DNA of 64,000 bases from Candidatus Limnocylindria bacterium. GTDB taxonomy: Bacteria > Chloroflexota > Limnocylindria > P2-11E. The notes under the pieces were generated by a model. That model saw only the letters and a list, made by a program, of their open reading frames with translations, did no database searches and had not been told where the DNA came from. This document shows, piece after piece, positions 58,327 to 64,000 of this stretch (its first letter is position 1; every line of letters begins with the position of its first letter). The stretch lies in NCBI GenBank assembly GCA_036523395.1, contig DATDEH010000083.1, forward strand, positions 53,686 to 117,685, written 5' to 3'. Made by a program: the position numbers and the translations under genes.

Positions 58327-58980
58327 TCAGCTTCGCCCACGCTCGCTCAGATAGTGATGCCACAGGAGGCGCGCCGCGGCCGCGCGGTGCGGACTCCAGG
58401 CGCGTGCGCGGCGAGCGAGTGCTTCCGGCGATGGTCGCTCGCGCAGCTTCCACAGCTGGCGCACCGCCTCCAGCAGCGCGAGATCGGCGGTCGGGAAGAC
58501 GTCCGAGCGACGCAGCGCGAAGAGCAGGTAGCACTGCGCGGTCCACGGTCCAACGCCGTGCAGCGCATCAAGCGCGGCGGCCGCGTCGACGTCCGGCAGG
58601 ATGGCGATCGCATCGAGATCGAGCGCCTTGCCCTCGAGCTGCGCCGCAAGCGCCGCGAGGTAAGCGGACTTCTGGCGCGTCACGCCGAGCGCCCGCATTC
58701 CCGCTGCGCCCAGCGTCGCGACATTTGCCGGCGTGACATGGCAGGTCGCGTTCGCGATCCGCGCGTACATCGCGCGCGCCTGCGCGAGCGAGACCTGCTG
58801 CTCGAGCATGAGCAGCGCGAGCGTTTCGAAGCCGGGCTCGCGCGGCCAGAGCGGCGGAGGGCCGTGTCGTTTCACGATGCGCGCGAAACGCGGCTCGACG
58901 CGGGCGAGCGTGCGGACGGCGCGAGCGAGTGCGGGCTCATCCAAAGTAGTGACCTGACGAGAGATCCCGCGAGCGCGCAT
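58327..58980 (-). CDS. HhH-GPD DNA glycosylase (DNA-3-methyladenine glycosylase II / AlkA-like)
   Basis: LEQQVSLAQA ... helix-hairpin-helix LHGVGPWTAQCYLLFALRRSDVFPTADLAL with catalytic Asp; start uncertain because the frame continues upstream into a receiver-domain remnant. Confidence 0.7.
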   Translation of the reverse strand: MRARGISRQVTTLDEPALARAVRTLARVEPRFARIVKRHGPPPLWPREPGFETLALLMLEQQVSLAQARAMYARIANATCHVTPANVATLGAAGMRALGVTRQKSAYLAALAAQLEGKALDLDAIAILPDVDAAAALDALHGVGPWTAQCYLLFALRRSDVFPTADLALLEAVRQLWKLRERPSPEALARRARAWSPHRAAAARLLWHHYLSERGRS

Positions 58981-59039
58981 TCTCCGACGATAGGCCGTGC
59001 GGCGACTTCGTTGTCGCACGGCATCGGGTCGATATGCGG

Positions 59040-59250
59040 TGCTGAGCAGTCGCTCCGTCAGAGACACCAGCGCGTCCAGCTTGAACGGTTTCGAGAAGAA
59101 GGCATCCGCACGTATTCGCGCCGCGGTCTCGGTGGCTCTCCCGGTGCCGCTGACGACAATGATCCGAGCGCGGCTGCCCGGGATGCGGCGATATGCGTTA
59201 GCGAGGCGCCGTCCAGACCGGGCAACGCAAGGTCGAGAACGAGCGCCTTC
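59040..59250 (-). pseudogene. remnant of a second receiver (REC) domain, N-terminally truncated and frameshifted
   Basis: One frame gives EKALVLDLALPGLDGASLTHIAASRAAALGS; after a 1-nt shift the frame continuous with the glycosylase ORF gives RARIIVVSGTGRATETAARIRADAFFSKPFKLDALVSLTERLL. Together these make the beta3-alpha5 part of a CheY-like fold. Confidence 0.35.
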
Positions 59251-59607
59251 TCAGCCGTAGGCGAAGCGTCGTACCGACTGCAACAAGAGCTCGAGATCGA
59301 AGGGCTTCCCAACGAATTCGTCGACGACCAGATCCTTCGCGATCGGGTCCCCTCGCGAAGCTCCGCTGATCACGATGACCTTCGCGCGGCCGCCTGAGCG
59401 CCGGTACAGGTGAAGGAACTCCCCGCCGTTCATTCCGCCGCTCAAGAAGAGGTCCAGGAGGATCACATCGGGGTCTCGTCGTGCGGCCTGTTCCCGCGCC
59501 AGGTAGCCGGTCGCGGCCTCGACGACCTCGTAGCCGCTCTCGCGCAGAGCGAACCCCAACATCCGCATGGCTTCGGCGTCGTCCTCGACGATCAGGATCC
59601 GTTTCAT
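59251..59607 (-). CDS. single-domain response regulator (CheY-like)
   Basis: ILIVEDD, VILLDLFLSGGMNG, VIVISG, GKPF. Confidence 0.8.
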   Translation of the reverse strand: MKRILIVEDDAEAMRMLGFALRESGYEVVEAATGYLAREQAARRDPDVILLDLFLSGGMNGGEFLHLYRRSGGRAKVIVISGASRGDPIAKDLVVDEFVGKPFDLELLLQSVRRFAYG

Positions 59608-59861
59608 TTGCCTAGGCGCATCTTACGTGTCGGGTCTGCGTGCGGGTCGACGCCTTCACCGAGAAGCGAGCTACTTGCCGGCCATGAGGCGCAGATACCC
59701 GCCAAGGAGTTGCGGGTAGATCCTCACGGGGAGCCCGGAGTCGGCAAGCTGTTGCACGCGCGACTCCCCGTCGCCACCGAGACCCGCGGCGGCATCCGCC
59801 GCATCTGATCACAGGAACCGCGCCGTAGCTGGCGAGCGTCCGGCCAAGGACCCACCCGCAG

Positions 59862-60659
59862 CTACATGGGCGACCCGCCCATCACGAACTGGGCAACCGC
59901 CGGGATCGTCGCGACTGCGATCCCGAATCCCACAAGCACCACCGCGACCCCCTTCGCGACGGCCGGCGTCGGCGCGAGGACCTTCTCACTGAAGATGACA
60001 GCCGCAACTGCGGCCATCCACCCGACACTGGCAAGTCCGACCGCAAGCAGCACGAGCATGAGGCCCACGCAGCAGCCCAGGCAGACCACGCCCTCGTCGA
60101 TCCCCATAAGCAGGGCGCCCCTCACGCCTGGCCGGAAGCCACGGAAGAGCCAATGAAATGGAGACCGACAGTGCGTGAGAAGCGCGTCCTTCATTGGGGT
60201 CAACTGATACAGGCCCGCCGCGCCAATCACGGCGCCGAGGAACACCTGCGGCGCAGCTTGAACCACGGGAATCTCGACGATGAGCGGCACAAGCAGCGCG
60301 ACGAGCACGTATGCGCCGACCCCGACGGCGCTCCAGATCATCAGATATCCAGCCACGAAGACCGCCGCCAGCAGTGGCCACGTTCCGGTCCGCTGCCGCG
60401 TGTATTGCGCGTACACAAGCACCACCGGAGCGAATGCGGGGAACATCATCGCGGCCATCATCACGACCCACGTAGCGAGGAAGATTGCGAAGCTCGCCGG
60501 GGCTGGCCCAGCGGACATCGTCATCGAGCTGCTTTGTGTGGCCACGTAGGCCCACGCGACGGCAGCGAGCGCGAGGAGCGTAACGAGGATCACTACGGCC
60601 GCCCCCGTCAACGCCAGGCGACCGAAACGAGCTTCGAAGTTGGGAGCCGTGGAACTCAA
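59862..60659 (-). CDS. DUF2182-type integral membrane protein (predicted metal-binding)
   Basis: Seven hydrophobic helices with conserved CRSPFHW and VVCLGCCVGLM Cys cluster. Confidence 0.55.
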   Translation of the reverse strand: MSSTAPNFEARFGRLALTGAAVVILVTLLALAAVAWAYVATQSSSMTMSAGPAPASFAIFLATWVVMMAAMMFPAFAPVVLVYAQYTRQRTGTWPLLAAVFVAGYLMIWSAVGVGAYVLVALLVPLIVEIPVVQAAPQVFLGAVIGAAGLYQLTPMKDALLTHCRSPFHWLFRGFRPGVRGALLMGIDEGVVCLGCCVGLMLVLLAVGLASVGWMAAVAAVIFSEKVLAPTPAVAKGVAVVLVGFGIAVATIPAVAQFVMGGSPM

Positions 60660-60709
60660 GGGCGGTACCCCGTTAGAAACGGTGAGGGCCCGCGCAGCCG
60701 GCTACTTCG

Positions 60710-61303
60710 TCACGCCTCGTACTTGAACTCCGTCGTAAATCCGTTCGTGCCCGACCCCTCGAACTTCCAGGCGCCGTCGTAACGGATCCGTCCGGCCCTC
60801 GCGACTCGCACCGGCTGTGGAACGATACCCAGGGCCGGGTTGCTGATCACCGGCGCCGTCTTGCCGTCCCCTCCCGTTAATTCTTCGCTGTTCATCTCGA
60901 GAAGCTTGCCCACCTTCAGCTGTCGCTTGCCGTTGGTCTTCTCGAAAGAGATCGGCGCCGCCGTCACCCCCGTTACCGTTCCAATGAGCGGCACGACGGC
61001 GGCAAGGTGACCCCCTGCTTGTCCGGAGAAGATGGCGCCCAGAGCTTTAGCCTGGTCAGGCTTGGCCCGCTCGTCTAGATACAGAGCGACCTTCCATCCG
61101 CCATCGGTCATCTTCTTGGGCGAGTACAAGGCGAGCGCGACGTTGAGGTTCGAAAGATCAACGCCATCCTTTGTTCCGCGCGTGATGTGCCATGCTGCGA
61201 AGGCTTGGCACGAGTCGTTCGTCGCTGGGCTCAGCATGATGCATTGACACGCCACCGTGCAGTTGCAGGTCTCGAAGTAGTCGCCCTCGACGGAATAGCT
61301 CAT
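60710..61303 (-). CDS. DUF1326-type protein (N-terminal CxC-x3-C-x-C cluster)
   Basis: YFETCNCTVACQCIM Cys cluster at the N-terminus; lies immediately upstream of the DUF2182 gene, a pairing I recall as conserved. Confidence 0.55.
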   Translation of the reverse strand: MSYSVEGDYFETCNCTVACQCIMLSPATNDSCQAFAAWHITRGTKDGVDLSNLNVALALYSPKKMTDGGWKVALYLDERAKPDQAKALGAIFSGQAGGHLAAVVPLIGTVTGVTAAPISFEKTNGKRQLKVGKLLEMNSEELTGGDGKTAPVISNPALGIVPQPVRVARAGRIRYDGAWKFEGSGTNGFTTEFKYEA

Positions 61304-61639
61304 TTATGCCGACCTCCCCGTTGCGCGATCGCGCGCAGTGTACGTACGCCGGACTTTACGCGGCGCGTTCGGGAGGCGGTGGCCGCTAAGGAAGCAGCTT
61401 TTCGGCTGAGCACGATGGCGCGGGCGTCCGGTCGAGGCTCTTCAAGGCCGGAGAGGATGACTTCGCGAGGCTGTAGCCGCGGCTCGATCGGCACTTCAGC
61501 AGTGGGCACGTCGAGGTGCGCGATACGATCTCGGACGCGGGCCGCGTCGTCCACCTCTAACGCGCAGCCACTCTCAAATGTGGGAACAGTGGCCCATTGT
61601 TGCCGCGTCGCGGGTCGCGGGGTTGGTCGCGAAACCGCC

Positions 61640-61714
61640 GGGGTCAAGCACGCGGAAGTGGTAACAGCTCGGCTCCTTCAGGACGAGCGCGGCTGGCTCC
61701 GGTTTGCGGGTTAA
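61640..61714 (+). repeat. 75-bp imperfect direct repeat, copy A; encodes the C-terminal 23 aa plus stop of a plus-strand ORF
   Basis: 63/75 identical to 63016..63090; 7 of the 12 differences fall at third codon positions of the plus frame (VKHAEVVTARLLQDERGWLRFAG*). Confidence 0.6.
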
Positions 61715-61762
61715 TAAGGAGCAAGGGAGCCGCTGGCGGCCACGGGCTAACGAGGCGGACCC

Positions 61763-62875
61763 TCACTCGAGGCACTCGTAAACCGCGGCTTCGAGGCGCG
61801 TGCGGAAGCCCGAGTTCAACTTGTTCATGACGTAACTGAACGCGAGCTTTCGCTCTCGGTCGGCGAGGCCGAACGCGCCCCCGATCCCGCCATGACCGAA
61901 CGTCGCGACGGATCCGCCATTAGGAAGCGCTCGGGTATAGAGCATGAACCCGGTAGCAAAGCGCAGCGGAGACCCGCCGGCCATCATCGGTTGCATGCCC
62001 GGTCCGATCTGGACGGTCGCACGGTCGATCGTGTCGGGACGCAGGATCCGGACGCCGTCGAGCTCGCCGCCGCGCGCGAGCGCGCCGTACACCCGGGCGA
62101 CGCCCATCGCAGTCGCGTGTCCGTTGGCGGACGGAACCTCCGCGGCCCGCCAGTTGCGCGAGTTCGGGCCCCACATCGCGTTGTCCTCCGCACGCTCCTC
62201 GGGGCTCAGCCCCGGAGCAGCGTCAAGGGGCGTTACCACCTGCCCCTGGACGAGCGTCGCGCAGCGCGCATCGTGCTCCGGCCCAACGCCCAGCAGGAAA
62301 TCGGCTCCGAGCGGCCCGCACACCTCCTCGCGCAGGTACGTGCCGATCGTGCGTCCGTCGATCCTGCGCAGAACCTCGCCGTTCAGGTAGCCCCACGTGA
62401 CCCAGTGGTAGACCTGCTGCGACCCAGGCTCCCACTCCGGTGCGGCCTCGGCGAGCGCGGTCGTCACCGCCGTCCAGTCGTTGGCGACGTTGCGTGGCAG
62501 CCGCGGCGCCGTGGGCAGACCGGCCTGGTGGCTGATCAGCAGGCGCATCGTTATGTCCTGCTTCCCGTTCTGCGCGAACTCGGGCCAGTACTTCGCCACC
62601 GGAGCGTCGAGGTCGAGCAGTCCCTGCTCGATGAGGCGGTTCATGCAGACCGACGCCATGCCTTTGGTCACCGAATACACGTTGACGATCGTGTCTCGCT
62701 CCCAGGGGCGCGTCCGCTCTTCGTCGGTCCAGCCGCCCCACAGATCGATCACGGGCTCGCCGTCGATCAGCACCGCGACGCCAGCGCCGATCTCGCCGCT
62801 CTCGAAGCTGCGCTCGAAGACGTCCCGCACTTTCGCGAACGTCTCGTCGCAGGTGCCGCGCACGGGTGCGCTCAT
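61763..62875 (-). CDS. serine hydrolase of the beta-lactamase/esterase (class C-like) family
   Basis: SVTK (Ser-x-x-Lys) nucleophile motif and about 370-aa beta-lactamase-related fold; start placed at Met 62875. Confidence 0.8.
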   Translation of the reverse strand: MSAPVRGTCDETFAKVRDVFERSFESGEIGAGVAVLIDGEPVIDLWGGWTDEERTRPWERDTIVNVYSVTKGMASVCMNRLIEQGLLDLDAPVAKYWPEFAQNGKQDITMRLLISHQAGLPTAPRLPRNVANDWTAVTTALAEAAPEWEPGSQQVYHWVTWGYLNGEVLRRIDGRTIGTYLREEVCGPLGADFLLGVGPEHDARCATLVQGQVVTPLDAAPGLSPEERAEDNAMWGPNSRNWRAAEVPSANGHATAMGVARVYGALARGGELDGVRILRPDTIDRATVQIGPGMQPMMAGGSPLRFATGFMLYTRALPNGGSVATFGHGGIGGAFGLADRERKLAFSYVMNKLNSGFRTRLEAAVYECLE

Positions 62876-62925
62876 CTGTCTCCCCGAGGATGCGCCACGT
62901 GGTAAGGGCTGGAGCATAGGGGCTT

Positions 62926-63090
62926 GTGAGTGACCTGTCGGACCTGTGGCGTCCGACTCTGCGGCGTTTCATCAGGCCTGAGTCACATACGCCGAACCTC
63001 GGAGCGGAAGACGGGGGGGTCAAGCACGCGGAAGTGGTAACCGTCCGGCTCGTTCAGGACGATCGCGGGTGGCTCCGAATCGCGAGCTGA
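62926..63090 (+). CDS. candidate small protein (54 aa, GTG start) ending in the conserved 23-aa tail (repeat copy B)
   Basis: Open frame from GTG 62926 to TGA 63088..63090: VSDLSDLWRPTLRRFIRPESHTPNLGAEDGGVKHAEVVTVRLVQDDRGWLRIAS; only the last 23 aa are supported, by the purifying-selection-like pattern. Confidence 0.3.
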   Translation: MSDLSDLWRPTLRRFIRPESHTPNLGAEDGGVKHAEVVTVRLVQDDRGWLRIAS

Positions 63091-63112
63091 GCCGCTTGTC
63101 GGCAGGAATGAT

Positions 63113-64000
63113 CTAACTCCCGCGCACCGTCTCCTCGCGCAACGCGGCCGTCGCCGCCACCACGTCGCGGGCGATCTGTTGCGAGAGCTCCCAGCCCGAC
63201 GGGAAGCGCATGTCGTCGCGCACCCGGCGCACGAAGAACACCTGCACGGACTCCCCGCGGAGCTCTGTTTCACGCTCGAGGAAATGCAGCTCCAGGTGCC
63301 GCTCGACGGCGCCGCTCGCGCCCGCGGACAGCGCGAGATTCGCGACCGCGCCCACGCGCTCACCCTCCACGACGGCCCACACCGCGTAGACACCGTCGCG
63401 GGGCACGAGCCGGTCCGTCGGCAGGAGCAGGTCGATCGCGGGATGGCCGAGCCCTTTCGCGCGCAGTCGACCGTCCGGGGCCGCGCGGCCGACAAGGGAG
63501 TAGGTCCGACCGAGAAGGCGATCCGCATCGGCGACGTCGCCAGCCAGCAGCGCATTGCGGACGAGTGCGGCGGTCACGGCCCGGCGCTCGGAATACACGG
63601 TGTCGATCACGTCGACGACAAAGCCGTGCCTGACACCGAGGGACACGAGCGTCCGTATGTCGCCGACCCGGTCGTGCCCGAAGCGGAAGTCTGCGGCGAC
63701 GATCACTCGACGCACCTCACCGGCGTCCGTCACGCGCGATACGAACTCATCCGGCAGCTGGTGGGCGAAGTCATCGGTGAAGCGGACGATGACGACGGCA
63801 TCCGCGCCCGCCTCGAAGAGAAGCTGGGTCCGCTCGGCCGTATCGGTGAGCGCCGAGCGAGGCGCCGCCGGCGCGAGGTACTCGATCGGGATCGGGTCGA
63901 AGTGCATCGCGAGCGCGGTGGCGCCGTCCCGGCGCGCGGTATCGCGGAGCGCCCGAAGGGCCGCCCGGTGGCCGATGTGGACGCCGTCGAATTCCCCGAT
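63113..64000 (-). CDS. ribF: bifunctional riboflavin kinase / FMN adenylyltransferase, 5'-truncated by the window edge
   Basis: The minus-strand frame reads IGEFDGVHIGHRAALRAL at 63950..64000 (FAD-synthetase GxFDGxHxGH motif); downstream is the riboflavin-kinase region with conserved RRVRDDMRFPS...LSQQIARD. Confidence 0.85.
   Translation of the reverse strand: MGEFDGVHIGHRAALRALRDTARRDGATALAMHFDPIPIEYLAPAAPRSALTDTAERTQLLFEAGADAVVIVRFTDDFAHQLPDEFVSRVTDAGEVRRVIVAADFRFGHDRVGDIRTLVSLGVRHGFVVDVIDTVYSERRAVTAALVRNALLAGDVADADRLLGRTYSLVGRAAPDGRLRAKGLGHPAIDLLLPTDRLVPRDGVYAVWAVVEGERVGAVANLALSAGASGAVERHLELHFLERETELRGESVQVFFVRRVRDDMRFPSGWELSQQIARDVVAATAALREETVRGS

Noticed and set aside
61187-61714. 175-aa plus ORF ending in repeat copy A
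   Set aside because: Only the final 23 codons are supported (by the repeat's substitution pattern); the upstream part is R/S-rich and overlaps the DUF1326 gene in antisense, so no start is assigned

Overview
This is a GC-rich (about 70%) bacterial chromosomal segment with Actinobacteria-like codon bias and roughly 65 protein genes. Many six-frame ORFs are R/S/A-rich antisense artefacts and were discarded.

Housekeeping genes that can be read directly from motifs are aceE, ettA, pepN (M1 aminopeptidase), moaA and a 5'-truncated ribF. Others are a rhomboid protease, HtrA, Bcp, an S8 subtilase, an ornithine-cyclodeaminase homologue, a three-gene peptide/nickel-type ABC importer (substrate-binding protein plus two permeases), an MFS transporter and a MoxR-DUF58-VWA (Bat-like) operon.

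The most interesting region is 666..9589. A complete tRNA-Cys(GCA) at 9517..9589 (minus strand) is followed by two identical 46-bp copies of its 3' half (2337..2382 and 666..711). These mark two tandem integrated islands. The larger one (2383..9515) has a tyrosine integrase (apparently frameshifted), a replication-relaxation-family protein and two mini LuxR-type HTH regulators. It also carries a tightly packed minus-strand operon: a Tat-signal protein, a MauE/DoxX-like membrane protein, a membrane-anchored CxxC thioredoxin (MauD/TlpA-like), a secreted 129-aa protein whose mature part has 17 Cys in about 78 residues, a polytopic membrane protein and a lipoprotein. This looks like a dedicated oxidative-folding system for a novel disulfide-rich secreted peptide carried on a mobile island.

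A second notable locus is an eight-gene minus-strand signalling operon (35355..44257). It runs periplasmic binding protein, sensor kinase, REC-REC-kinase hybrid, VTC/CYTH-like protein, REC-HD-GYP, REC-LuxR, stand-alone REC and HD-GYP, with 4-nt start/stop overlaps.

Other oddities:
- a dCache-HAMP sensor with no output domain, overlapping a TPR/Pro-repeat protein
- a 75-bp imperfect direct repeat flanking a serine-hydrolase gene, whose divergence pattern indicates it encodes the C-terminal 23 aa of a small plus-strand protein
- a frameshifted receiver-domain remnant fused in frame to a DNA glycosylase ORF
- a possibly frameshifted GNAT gene

No CRISPR array, rRNA or transposase was seen.
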